From: Escherichia coli 042
GTDB taxonomy: Bacteria; Pseudomonadota; Gammaproteobacteria; Enterobacterales; Enterobacteriaceae
DNA: 64,000 nt
Reading direction: 5' to 3' (one strand)
NCBI RefSeq assembly: GCF_000027125.1
Contig: NC_017626.1
Translations under genes and position numbers: made by a program
In this document: piece by piece, positions 39,993-50,454 of the stretch
Layout: every line of letters begins with the position of its first letter
Numbering within the stretch: position 1 is the stretch's first letter
The notes under the pieces: model-generated
What the model was told of the DNA's origin: nothing
The model's input: the letters and a program-made list of their open reading frames with translations, nothing else
The model's database searches: none

Positions 39993-42900
39993 TCAGAAGG
40001 TCACATTCAGCGTGGCCTGACTGTTATAACCTTCAGCGCTGCTGCCGCTGACGCTGTGGGCATAACCGGCCTGAACGCCCAGGGTGATATTTTCCCGGAC
40101 ACGGGCTTCCAGTCCGGCCTGCAGATCCAGTGAAGTGCCATTCTGTGAGGGAGAGAACGTCATCCCGCTGCCTGCGGTGGAGGTCCCCACACGCATATCA
40201 CCCCGGGAGCTGAAGGTGCGGATAACGGAAGGCTGTACCCACCAGTTCACCGGCAGTTCACGCACACTGTGTTTTGCACTGTCACGCAGGGGGGCACGGG
40301 ATGAGGTGCCTTCACCAAAGGTCATATCGTTGTGGCTGCCCAGACGGAAACCGGCACGCACATGTTGTGCACTGCCATGCCCGAACTTCACATAACCGGC
40401 GTTGTCCTTACCGTCATCCAGCGAAAGCCCCTGCCAGGTGTACTGCAGCCGTGGCTCCAGCATCAGGTTGTCAGTAATACTGAAGGGCAGACCGGTTTCC
40501 AGTGAGCCCAGCCAGCCCCAGCCCCGTGCGCGGAAGTCGTTATTGCCCGATGACGCTTTCATACTGTGGCGGGTTCCCTGTGCCACAATGTCAGCCCACA
40601 GGCCGGAGGAGGTGTGTGTCAGGTTCATATATCCGCCCAGGCTGCCGGCATCATCCCGGACCGTGCCGGCGCGGGAGCCGTCATCATCCTTAACATCAAC
40701 GGAAGAATGGCCTGCAGCACCATACACTCCTGTCGTCAGTGACATACCGGCGACCTCTGTTCTGAGCAGGTCACCCTCCAGACGGACGAAGCCATAGCTG
40801 CCGCTGCTTTCCGGCGTGGCCCCACGGGCAATACCGCCGTTGTTATCGTGACCGAGATGGCCGCCCTGAATGCTGAGACGGACGCTGTTATTTTCACCGT
40901 TTACACCGGTCTGATGGCTGCGTGAGCCTGCCAGAATCCGGTCATAGTCCATTGCCTGTGTCAGCATGGAGGCGTACAGGGGGACTTCAGCACGATAACG
41001 TTCTTCACTGCGCAGATACCAGCTCTCATCACTGTCCCGGTTGAGGGTGTAGTTAAAGGCCCCGGCCTGCAGCATATTCCCCTGGACAAAAGCCCCTTCC
41101 TCCGTGGTGGCACCGTTAATGGCCTCAACCACCTGAATACCCTTACCGGTGGTCGCCAGCCCCGTACCACTGTTGCCGGCGTTCACCAGATTCAGGATGG
41201 TTTTTCCGGTTGCCCTGCCACCGTCAATGACCAGTCTGTCAGCATTGTTCTGCGCCATATCCGGGCGTACACGCAGGCTGATGGTGCCATTCTGCCCGTT
41301 CAGGTTTTTCACCTGCAGGGTTGCCGGTACGAACTTCCCTGTGCGGGTGGAGGTGAAATGAATCTGTCCGGCATGGCTGAGGTCATCCACCACCGACTGC
41401 ACCGTGGCGTTATCAGGGATATTCCAGGTGGCACCGGATGTCAGGGTGACATTCGTGGGGTCAATGGCACCGTTCAGCACTGTGCTGCCGGTCAGCTTCA
41501 GGGCCGTGCCGCGCTGAGCGATGACATCCGTGGTGACGGTACTGTCGTTCAGCGTCAGCGTGCCTTCATTCAGGTTGACGGTTTTCTGGGTGAGTGTGGT
41601 GTTGCTGACAGTGAGTGTGCCACTTCCTGATTTTTCCACCCTGCCGTTACCGGTAAGAGCGCCTCCCTGCAGGAGTGCATCACCTTCACGGATGGTCAGG
41701 GTATCGTTATTCACCGTTTTCCCGGAAAGGGTAAGCGTGGCACCGTTATTCAGCGTGGTGGTGCCCGCCAGCGAGCCCCCTCTGGCAGTGAACAGTCCGC
41801 CATTTACCGTGGTATCCGTGGCCGTATCACCGGCGTTCAGCGTGAATGAACTGCCTTTTTCCAGCATCAGGGCATCCGCCTGACCGCCCCCGATACGGAA
41901 TGCCGTTCCGTCGCTCCGGGTACCACTGACAGCGGCCCCGGAATCGGCCAGCAGTACACCGCCATTCCCCATGGATACGGTGGTGGCGGCACCACCGTTG
42001 CGGACATCCAGCGTTCCGCCATCATCCACACGGGTATTAGTGGCTGTGTGTCCGCTCAGCACATCCAGACGTCCGCCATTTTCCAGTACGACATTATCAG
42101 CCTTACCCGCCAGAACGGAGAATGCTCCCAGGCGGTTTGTGCCGGTGACGGTTGCAGCTGTGCTGGTAACCAGTGCACCTCCCGTGTTCTGGGTGACATC
42201 AGACGCTTTACCGCCGGCATTCACCTGCAGCTTTCCTTTCTGGTTGATGGTGGTATGCGCGGTAGTTCCTCCTTCCTTAATCACCTGCCAGCCCCCCTCG
42301 TTAATTACCGTGTTCAGCGCAAGTCCGTATTTGTGCACATACTGGTTTCCTCCCTCCAGCCGGGTGTTATGTGCCTCGCCGTGTACCGTCTGGTCACCGC
42401 CGGCGTAAATGAGGGTGTCCCGTGCCATCCCCGAAGACCAGATAACCTGCCGGCCATTTTTGTTGATGGTGGTGGATTCAGCCGTCCCTCCGACCATCTG
42501 ACCGCTGGACACATTTTCAGACTCCGGACCACCTTCTGCACCGGTGTTGACGATGGTTCCGGTTGCCTGCCCGCCATGTTTAATGGTCTGGTAGCCAGAC
42601 TGGTTAATCACCGTTCCGGATGCACTGCCGCCTGCATGTATCCATTGTTCACCACCGTTAAGGACAGTACCGTAAGCCTGCCCGCGCAGATTCTGTCCTC
42701 CACCGGCACTGATAACCGTATCCGTGGCACTGCCACCTGCCATGACATCCTGCAGACCGTTTGCGGTGACCGTGGTGTTTCTGGCAGTGCCACCCCGGGC
42801 TATCTGCTGACCGCCGGTGTTGTCATCAGAGTCCGGCCCCAGCTCAAGCCCGGTACTGACAGTCACGCCATCAGCTGTTCCGGATACAAACTGGTTGTCA

Positions 42901-43112
42901 TGGTTTACCAGTGTTCCGCCATTCACTGTTTCACCCGGGTGCACAACGATGTCAGCAGCCAGCACCGGGAGTGACGTGACTGCGGCAAGAGACAGTGCAA
43001 CCGCCACACCGCCACGTTTACCCCGTGCGCGGGCCAGTTCGGAGGCAACCACGAAAGCGCCCGTAATGTGATTCCATACCAGCCTGTAGCAGGTATTCAG
43101 ATGTCGTTTCAT
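39993..43112 (-). CDS. flu: Antigen 43 (Ag43/Flu) self-associating autotransporter adhesin (1039 aa from MKRHLNTCYRLVWNH)
   Basis: Signal peptide, repetitive beta-helix passenger and C-terminal beta-barrel; ATG at 43110-43112. Confidence 0.92.
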   Translation of the reverse strand: MKRHLNTCYRLVWNHITGAFVVASELARARGKRGGVAVALSLAAVTSLPVLAADIVVHPGETVNGGTLVNHDNQFVSGTADGVTVSTGLELGPDSDDNTGGQQIARGGTARNTTVTANGLQDVMAGGSATDTVISAGGGQNLRGQAYGTVLNGGEQWIHAGGSASGTVINQSGYQTIKHGGQATGTIVNTGAEGGPESENVSSGQMVGGTAESTTINKNGRQVIWSSGMARDTLIYAGGDQTVHGEAHNTRLEGGNQYVHKYGLALNTVINEGGWQVIKEGGTTAHTTINQKGKLQVNAGGKASDVTQNTGGALVTSTAATVTGTNRLGAFSVLAGKADNVVLENGGRLDVLSGHTATNTRVDDGGTLDVRNGGAATTVSMGNGGVLLADSGAAVSGTRSDGTAFRIGGGQADALMLEKGSSFTLNAGDTATDTTVNGGLFTARGGSLAGTTTLNNGATLTLSGKTVNNDTLTIREGDALLQGGALTGNGRVEKSGSGTLTVSNTTLTQKTVNLNEGTLTLNDSTVTTDVIAQRGTALKLTGSTVLNGAIDPTNVTLTSGATWNIPDNATVQSVVDDLSHAGQIHFTSTRTGKFVPATLQVKNLNGQNGTISLRVRPDMAQNNADRLVIDGGRATGKTILNLVNAGNSGTGLATTGKGIQVVEAINGATTEEGAFVQGNMLQAGAFNYTLNRDSDESWYLRSEERYRAEVPLYASMLTQAMDYDRILAGSRSHQTGVNGENNSVRLSIQGGHLGHDNNGGIARGATPESSGSYGFVRLEGDLLRTEVAGMSLTTGVYGAAGHSSVDVKDDDGSRAGTVRDDAGSLGGYMNLTHTSSGLWADIVAQGTRHSMKASSGNNDFRARGWGWLGSLETGLPFSITDNLMLEPRLQYTWQGLSLDDGKDNAGYVKFGHGSAQHVRAGFRLGSHNDMTFGEGTSSRAPLRDSAKHSVRELPVNWWVQPSVIRTFSSRGDMRVGTSTAGSGMTFSPSQNGTSLDLQAGLEARVRENITLGVQAGYAHSVSGSSAEGYNSQATLNVTF

Positions 43113-43304
43113 CAGCATTTCCTTAATCAGAGTGAGGGTGAATAAAAAAGCCGGTATCCACAGATGTGGATACCGGCAGGTAAAGGGTTACAGTGCCGGA
43201 GGTCCGGCTGACGGAAGTTTCTGACGTGTGGCTCTGTTGTTCCCTGAATCTCATGTCTGTGTGTATCTGCGCACGTTGCTAACAGGAGTTATTATTAGCA
43301 TGAC

Positions 43305-43340
43305 GATCGATATAAACGATCGATAAAATAGGTATCGATC
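43305..43340. promoter_or_regulatory. agn43 phase-variation switch: three GATC Dam sites (43305, 43318, 43337) in the OxyR-binding region
   Basis: ACGATCGATATAAACGATCGATAAAATAGGTATCGATCG about 200 bp upstream of the agn43 ATG. Confidence 0.7.
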
Positions 43341-43445
43341 GTTTTATTCTATTATCAGGCTATTGCACGGACAAGAGAGACAGTAACGAAAACAGCGCTT
43401 TTGTGAGCAGACTCAGAGGCAGGGAGGACATCATCCACAACAGGT

Positions 43446-44357
43446 TCAGAAGAAGATCCAGTTCCATACCGCGCGGGCAACAGAGACCACGGTGTCACGA
43501 ACAGCGCGCAGGGCCGTACGGACAACAGAGGCAACACAGACGCTCTCCGCTGTGTCAAATATCCGGTCCACCGCACCGGTAAACTGTTCACGGGCCTGAG
43601 AGCGGACAGACTCCGTGCGCAGCTCGTCCTGCAGTCGGGTCATCAGGGGGCTGGCGGCATGGTCGGGAAGCGCTGTCATGAGCGCACTGACCAGCGTATC
43701 CAGTTCCCAGCCGGTGCGGGCCGATACGGCAACAACCGGATGTACGGGCCGGAACAGACGGAATACCGCCTCCGTTTTCTCACGAATGTTCTGTTCCTGT
43801 GCGGGAGAAGGCTGAATACCTGCCATATCCCATTCATGGCAGGGTTCCGTTTTGTCAGCCTGCGTCACCACAAACAGCACCTGCTGATGTCCGCACTGCA
43901 GGATGTGTCGCCAGAAATACTCATCCACAGACAGGGCCCGGTCATCGGCTTTAATCAGCCACAGCACCAGGTCCAGTTCAGGCAGAATGTCACGGTACAG
44001 GGCTTCATACTCTGCATCCCTGTCCCGGCTCTCGCCCACCCCGGGCAGGTCAGTGATAACCATGCTGTGACCGTGACCACTCAGACGGAAGCGCTGCACT
44101 TCCCGGGTGCCGGCGTGAACATCACTGACCGGTGTGACCTCCCCCTGAAACAGTGCATTACAGAGTGAAGATTTACCGGCCCCGCTTTTACCCATAATGC
44201 CAATCACGGGTTCGTGACTGGTGAGTTTGCGCAGATGTTCCAGGATGTGACGGGAAAGTGAGTAAGGCAGGGAGGAGAGCGGTTTTTCAATTGCCTCAAT
44301 GGCATCAGACGGATTCATACATGTATTCCCGGTGAAAAAAGACAAAACCCCGCGCAC
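43446..44357 (-). CDS. YeeP/YfjP/YkfA-family GTPase (50S ribosome-binding GTPase domain); probable start at MNPSDAIEAIEK (44318)
   Basis: P-loop GIMGKSGAGKSS and an intact reading frame (yeeP is a pseudogene in K-12); upstream of agn43 as in CP4-44. Confidence 0.85.
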   Translation of the reverse strand: MRGVLSFFTGNTCMNPSDAIEAIEKPLSSLPYSLSRHILEHLRKLTSHEPVIGIMGKSGAGKSSLCNALFQGEVTPVSDVHAGTREVQRFRLSGHGHSMVITDLPGVGESRDRDAEYEALYRDILPELDLVLWLIKADDRALSVDEYFWRHILQCGHQQVLFVVTQADKTEPCHEWDMAGIQPSPAQEQNIREKTEAVFRLFRPVHPVVAVSARTGWELDTLVSALMTALPDHAASPLMTRLQDELRTESVRSQAREQFTGAVDRIFDTAESVCVASVVRTALRAVRDTVVSVARAVWNWIFF

Positions 44358-44427
44358 CGGAAAGGTGGCGGGGGATTCACGGAGATAATATCTGTCTGAG
44401 ATTATTTAGAATGTAACAGGTAATGAA

Positions 44428-45447
44428 TTACTTCCTTCGCTTGTGTTCAAGATATTTCTCTGTAATCAGCATTTCAAAAAACTCTCCTGTTCTCAGACCG
44501 TAAACAGTTCTGAGCTCATCAAGCATTTCTTTCACATTGCTTCTTATATGTATATTAATGGCCTTTTTACCATCACTCCGATATTTGTCCTTTTGTTTTT
44601 TCTGATGCCAGGCATGATTTATTCGTGTTCTGAACAGTTCAATGGTATCAGGCGCTTCTTTCCATAAAGCAAAGGCGACAAGAGAGGCAAGATAATATTC
44701 TTTCGTTGAAGATGGTATGAACCACCGGGTCACTGGGTTATGTACTGGATGTTTTTCATCCTGTTTTTGTTTCAGTCTTGTCCAGAACCACTGACACATT
44801 TCATCATCGTCAGGAAGGAACCACTTAAACTTTTGACAAGCGCTTTTCTTTTTAAGCCACGCCTGCCTGAGTTCCTCGAGGTATATGCTTTTTGCATTTT
44901 TATTAATTAAAGAATGGCAGGAGTCAAAATATGAAATGATTACTTTTATTCGTTCGTTATGGGATGATGGATTATCCGGAAGGTTACTTTTTTTGTAAGT
45001 ATTTAACGTTTCATCGGTAACTGTTCGTATTTTCCTGACTTCAATTCCGTTTTTTATTCCTGATGAATTATGGTTTATTTTCGGGAATTTTGTATGGTCT
45101 TCCTTCGACAGATAAATAGTAGTCCAGGTAAAGAAAGTCGCAAGTTCGTCAGTTTTCAACCAGAGAAAACTCTCTTCAGGCAGTATTGCCTGCCCTGCAA
45201 TAATTTCAAGTTCATTAATTTCTTTGCTGAGAGCTTCTTCTGCAGTCGAACCAAAAACACCAAAAGAATTGTTTGAAGCTTTATAATACTTTTCTTTTAA
45301 AAACGAATTAACATTTCTGATACAGTTTTGTGGGTTGTCAGGCGCAAACTGAGGGAATTCATTGGGGTATTTGTGATTCAGATATTCGGCATAAAACCGA
45401 CATTTACGGGGATCTTTGCATTTGATAAGCATCTGTTCGTTATTCAT
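44428..45447 (-). CDS. Hypothetical protein, 339 aa, Lys/Trp/Phe-rich, AT-rich gene
   Basis: Long ORF in a strongly AT-rich segment; no family recognised. Confidence 0.5.
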   Translation of the reverse strand: MNNEQMLIKCKDPRKCRFYAEYLNHKYPNEFPQFAPDNPQNCIRNVNSFLKEKYYKASNNSFGVFGSTAEEALSKEINELEIIAGQAILPEESFLWLKTDELATFFTWTTIYLSKEDHTKFPKINHNSSGIKNGIEVRKIRTVTDETLNTYKKSNLPDNPSSHNERIKVIISYFDSCHSLINKNAKSIYLEELRQAWLKKKSACQKFKWFLPDDDEMCQWFWTRLKQKQDEKHPVHNPVTRWFIPSSTKEYYLASLVAFALWKEAPDTIELFRTRINHAWHQKKQKDKYRSDGKKAINIHIRSNVKEMLDELRTVYGLRTGEFFEMLITEKYLEHKRRK

Positions 45448-46941
45448 TATCTCACTCCATGTCGCCTCTCTTATAACAAAATCGTCTCAATTTTATTTTG
45501 TCACTAAGTGATTATCAAATGTTTTTGTTGTGATTTGTTTATGTTTTTAAATGTCTATGTCATGTTATCAGTGTTTTTATATAAAGATACATTGATGTTT
45601 TTATGATGGTGAAAAATCATATTTTCTTTTATATTCATTTGGTTATGATTGTTTGTTCTGCATTTGGGGGATGACAGAAAAGAATGGGCTGTGTTGATCA
45701 CATGCGCCGTATGCGCTGTCCAGGTTACAGCGCACCTCAATATTCAGTGTTTTCCTGTTGACTGGCATTGTTAATCTTATGTTTTTGGTTTTGTTTTATT
45801 GTGTGGTTGTGAATGTTGTGTTTGGTTTGATGGTTGAGAAAGAAAAAAGAAGACTATGATGCACTAATCAGGAAATATTTTCGACGCCGGTTGAGTTAAA
45901 AGAACAGATAGAGTGGACAGGTGTTGTGTTAATAGTTTACGGCTGACAGCATTCTTATTTTAATAACAGGTGTTATTATTTATGGATTTATACAGACGAT
46001 ACTCCCGCTAAATAGTCAGGTGATGATGGTCGTTGAGTGGTTTTATAAGCTACGTATAGCTCTGTAAGACTTATTAATTCAACGATGACTACCGTTTATT
46101 GATATACATGTATTCGGGAAATGTCATAAAAAATGTCACGTTGTTTGCAGAATCTTTTGTTTTTTAGTTTTTGATACGCAATGACTAAGCAGGAGGACTC
46201 ACTTTGTTTGTATGCTGACCGTGATCGTCAGTGGAGATGAACAATTGACTCTTACACTGAAAAATATACTCTCTTGTTTTTTATCGTTTATCTGCATGAA
46301 ATAAATAATCTTCAGCATTTTTCATGTGAATTTCATCATCTTACCCTGAATGTTCATTTTATCAGTATGATATTCCTTTGTTTACTGATAAAATTAACCG
46401 ATAAATGTTCTTGTTAAGATTGCCAGAATGACAGTTTTTGCTGATTCCGTGCAATGGAAGAGATATTATATCATCTATTTAAGCAATAAGTTTAATACAA
46501 ATTTCAGAAGATGTGTTGGTGAGTTGATGACTAATTTTCAGAGGGGGATGGAAAAGTGTATGGAATCCCACAAAGAAAAAATCGTTATTGTTCAGTTGAC
46601 GTTTATTTCTGGGTGATGACTCCAGTCAGCAGAATATGTTTTTTTCGATGAATGACCCAATAACTTTTTCGTGAATTTCCACGGAGCATGAAAAGCAAAT
46701 CGTTTTCCGGTCCAGCCGTTTGATGTGGGAACGGGGGCAGATGGTGGTGCTCAATGCGCCGGGTAAATATCAATACGATTTGAGGAACCATTTGCTGGTT
46801 AATCTCTTTCCGATAGCATTGGATGCAGCAATCACTACATCCAACGTGAATAACCATGAATTGCACAGAAACAATATACCTGCGACCCTCTCCGGAAATT
46901 CCGGTATCACTGACTACGTACCGCCCGGGAGTGATTATGAA

Positions 46942-47541
46942 TCAACAGGCGTATAACAGGTACTCGTCAATCATCAGTTCAAGCTCGCGCTTTTCCCGTT
47001 TGCGCGCCACAGCCCAGCTTTCAAGTTCTGCGTGTGATTTATGCTTTAACTCTTCAGTCCAGGGCTGCATGGAGTGGGCGCACATCAGATCATACCAGCA
47101 CAGCCATATCAGGGTGTGGTAGAGATCGCGATCGTCAAAACGCCGGAGCAGACTGTTCAGCCTGTTTGCCAGTCGGCTTTCTCCCAGACGATGTAGTTCA
47201 CTGAGTAAAACACCACCCAGGTTAAAATGTGTAAGTAACATGATTTCATGAGTCTGAATGCTGGTCATTAACCCTTCCTGAATGGCAGGAATGAACGGTG
47301 GCGTTGCCGGGTTGACTACCTGATAGAGTCCCTGTGGTGCCACCGAGATGATGGTGCCTTTTTCCGGCAGAAAAAAGTGGGCCAGGGTCAGGCGATGATA
47401 ACCATGAAGATGCGGAGAGCCCATTCCGTGAGCGACAATAAACCGGGTTACACTTGCCATCCATTTCTGATGCTGGGTGAGCAGCAGATCACACCGGTTT
47501 TCAAGTTTTTGCATAATATTCTCTCCTTTAGCACGCAGCAA
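46942..47541 (-). CDS. Hypothetical protein (199 aa) downstream of alpA
   Basis: ORF in an operon-like position after alpA; no family recognised. Confidence 0.45.
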   Translation of the reverse strand: MLRAKGENIMQKLENRCDLLLTQHQKWMASVTRFIVAHGMGSPHLHGYHRLTLAHFFLPEKGTIISVAPQGLYQVVNPATPPFIPAIQEGLMTSIQTHEIMLLTHFNLGGVLLSELHRLGESRLANRLNSLLRRFDDRDLYHTLIWLCWYDLMCAHSMQPWTEELKHKSHAELESWAVARKREKRELELMIDEYLLYAC

Positions 47542-47599
47542 AATGCCTCCGGAGGCCGGATAGTGTATTCGCTGCGGTTGAACGGGTAATGGTCAGGAA

Positions 47600-47806
47600 T
47601 TACGGACGGGATTGTGCAATACGCGCCTGCAACCAGGCTTCCACTTCACTTTTCAGCCATCGGGAGCTGCGGCCGAGTTTGATGGGGGCCGGAAAGGCAC
47701 CATCCTTGATGAGCTTGTAAAACCACTTATCGGTTAAGCCGGTCAGTTGAGTGATAAACGCCATGTCGACCATCTGGTCATCCATCAGCGAAACTGGGGT
47801 ATTCAT
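47600..47806 (-). CDS. alpA: AlpA-family phage transcriptional regulator (68 aa from MNTPVSLMDDQM)
   Basis: Matches the CP4-57 AlpA MerR-like HTH protein; ATG at 47804-47806. The ORF-track start is an extension. Confidence 0.8.
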   Translation of the reverse strand: MNTPVSLMDDQMVDMAFITQLTGLTDKWFYKLIKDGAFPAPIKLGRSSRWLKSEVEAWLQARIAQSRP

Positions 47807-48504
47807 GAAAATGTTCCTCCGGATGTTGTTAATCTCAACCGGCGTTGGTGATGAAAAACGCACCACCTTCACTGGCATAACAACCGGGGAGAAACGTAAA
47901 AAATGAGCAGGGGAATATTCCTGTCGGGAGATAAACAGGGAGCATGATGCTGGGATACCCGGTGGCTACCGCGAAACGATGTTTCTCGCGCGTACGCACG
48001 ACAGAGAAGGGATGATTTTCGGGAGGATGAGGGGAAGAACCGTCGTTCTTATAATTGCAGAGTTATTTACGGGGCGGTTACGGTGGGGCAGCTCGTGCCT
48101 TGTGGGCAGGGACAGGTATCACCGATGGGATAAGACTGTCTGATTGGTATTATAAATATATAAGAGAGATCAAACACATGAGTTCATATCTGTGAAATAA
48201 ACACTGTGAGTGTGATCAGTGGGTATGAGAACGCAGTAGCAACAGATTACGTTGTACTCACAGGGCTATCCCTGATAGCTGGCGTATAACCTGCGTATAT
48301 AAAACGTACCTGCAACACACGTGAACAGAGTGCATTAAGCATCCGTCTGAGCGGTAAACGTATCCGACCTGGTGAGTGACAGTCTGAGAGACCGGTTAAG
48401 TGGTGGTGCGGGAGTAATGAGTTTGGGGTGGGTACCAGAATGCCAGTCAGGTGCGGTATGCTGGCAGTATCACGTTAATTGCAGCATAAAGTGATGAGAG
48501 GCTA

Positions 48505-48717
48505 ATGGAAGTTAAAACCAAAGAAGACTGGCTGTATCAGTTCCGTCGTTGTTCATCCCGGGAGACGCTGGAAAAAGTGATTTCCCACACACGTTATAAA
48601 CTTACCCTTGCGGAGCTGGAAGCCTTCAACTCTGCGGTTGATCACCGACTGGCAGAACTAACCATGAACAAACTTTACGATCGCGTTCCGGCTTCTGTCT
48701 GGAAATATGTTACCTGA
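48505..48717 (+). CDS. Hha/YmoA-family haemolysin-expression-modulating protein paralog (70 aa)
   Basis: ...[50 protein letters not shown] aligns closely with chromosomal Hha (..[50 protein letters not shown]). Confidence 0.8.
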   Translation: [70 protein letters not shown]

Positions 48718-49333
48718 ACGTTCGGTAATCACAGCGGTATTGTGCCGGGCGTTATATGCCTGTGATTCTTTTGCTCTTCTCTGGTTGCTGCAAAGCTGAA
48801 TATGTTCCTGTTGTTGGAGGCCGAGGTAATACCGGGAACGTTAAGCGGTATAGCGACAACAAAGAATTCGAAATCAAAAGGGAATGGTGTACGGAGGTGC
48901 GGGCGGTAATGGGCCGATTTTCGGGCATTACCGACCTCTGCTGAGGTTTTCTCGTATTAGCCGGGGATCCGGTGCGTTGAATATTGACGGCATAAACCGA
49001 CAGGCAGAGTCAGCACCAGCAGTGACGTCAGTAGACAGCGCCGACGATCGGTATTCCGGTAATGGGCAACATCCGTATTATGAGTAATTGCCTTACCACA
49101 ATCCCTGCACACCGTTTTGTGTATCACCATAGCTCCCTCCTCACAGTCTTATCTGTAACCGGTTTTTGGCATTAAAAAAACAACGCTGAAAATTCAGCCG
49201 TCAGTCCGGAGACGACAATCGGGTTATCACAGAGTGCCTGAGATATTGCCCGGTTGGAGGTCACTTCAGGGACTCTGCGCATTTTTTACGGCGTGGTTAT
49301 TCCGTATGAACGAAACCATACGGAGATTTAACC

Positions 49334-49903
49334 ATGACATACGAGTACAACCCCTTCTGGCAACAACGTATCCGTGAGACGGTGCTGCGCGCACTGGATG
49401 TTCATCCCCGTCTGACGGCATTGCGGATTGACCTGCGTCTCCCGGATGTACCGGCAGCAACTGACGCAGCAGTGATATCCCGCTTCATCAATGCCCTGAA
49501 AGCCCGAATCGATGCTTATCAGAAGCGTAAGCGCCGTGAAGGCAAACGCGTGCATCCCACAACCCTGCATTACGTCTGGGCCCGGGAGTTTGGGGAGTGC
49601 AAAGGTAAAAAACACTATCACCTGATGCTGCTGGTCAACCGGGATACCTGGTGTCGTGCCGGCGATTACCGCGCTCCGGGATCACTGGCCGGGATGATTA
49701 AACAGGCGTGGTGCAGTGCCCTGGGAGTGGATACCGGAGATCATACCACGCTGGCGCATTTTCCGGTCAGGCCGGCGGTGTGGCTGGAACGCGATGATGA
49801 CACCGGCTTTCAGCAGGTGCTGGAGCGTGCTGACTATCTGGCGAAGGAGAGTACCAAAGCTTACGGCACCGGTGAGCGCAACTTTGGCTGCAGTCGTGGC
49901 TGA
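49334..49903 (+). CDS. YagK/YfjJ-family protein (inovirus Gp2-like), 189 aa
   Basis: Family assignment from recalled similarity to the CP4-6 YagK and CP4-57 YfjJ proteins. Confidence 0.6.
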   Translation: MTYEYNPFWQQRIRETVLRALDVHPRLTALRIDLRLPDVPAATDAAVISRFINALKARIDAYQKRKRREGKRVHPTTLHYVWAREFGECKGKKHYHLMLLVNRDTWCRAGDYRAPGSLAGMIKQAWCSALGVDTGDHTTLAHFPVRPAVWLERDDDTGFQQVLERADYLAKESTKAYGTGERNFGCSRG

Positions 49904-50064
49904 GCCCGACAGACGACTTATCTGACCTTAGTGTGATGACGTGTTCACAGCGACCACACTGATTTTCCCTTCTGAGACTGAACTGAAAACCGCCATTCAC
50001 ACCCTGACCACGCTGCCCGTACCGGGACGGCTGTTGCCTGCGTGTCGTCTGGCGGCTGAGGAAT

Positions 50065-50454
50065 ATGACGATGTACGCAAAATCCTTTCTCGCACTTGAT
50101 GGCAACGGACGTCTGACCGGTGCCCGTACCGCACAGACAGCGCCATACGATCGTTACACCTGCCACCTCTGTGGCAGTGCTCTCAGATACCACCCGCAAT
50201 ACGACACTGAACGTCCCTGGTTTGAACACACTGACGACGGGCTGACTGAGCATGGTCATGAGTGCCCTTATGTCAGACCGGAGCGCAGAGAAATACTGTT
50301 GATTAAACGCTTACGGCAATTCGTACCGGACGCCTTACCCGTAGTGCGTAAAGCCAGCTGGCACTGCAGACAATGTCACCACGATTATTATGGGGAGCAG
50401 TACTGCACACACTGTCATACAGGGCGCTTCAGTGAGGAGGTGGTTGCAGAATGA
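50065..50454 (+). CDS. Cys/His-rich zinc-ribbon protein (129 aa), module A of a tandem pair
   Basis: CHLCGS...WFEH...WHCRQCHHDYYGEQYCTHCH motifs. Confidence 0.5.
   Translation: MTMYAKSFLALDGNGRLTGARTAQTAPYDRYTCHLCGSALRYHPQYDTERPWFEHTDDGLTEHGHECPYVRPERREILLIKRLRQFVPDALPVVRKASWHCRQCHHDYYGEQYCTHCHTGRFSEEVVAE

Noticed and set aside
42048-42974. 308-aa ORF on the + strand (and neighbours 41971..42408, 41521..41883)
   Set aside because: Antisense to the repetitive beta-helix-encoding part of agn43; such repeats routinely generate long open antisense frames.
45450-46940. Possible IS element or CRISPR array in the AT-rich gap
   Set aside because: No transposase-like ORF, no terminal inverted repeats and no regularly spaced direct repeats were seen; kept only as an AT-rich non-coding finding.
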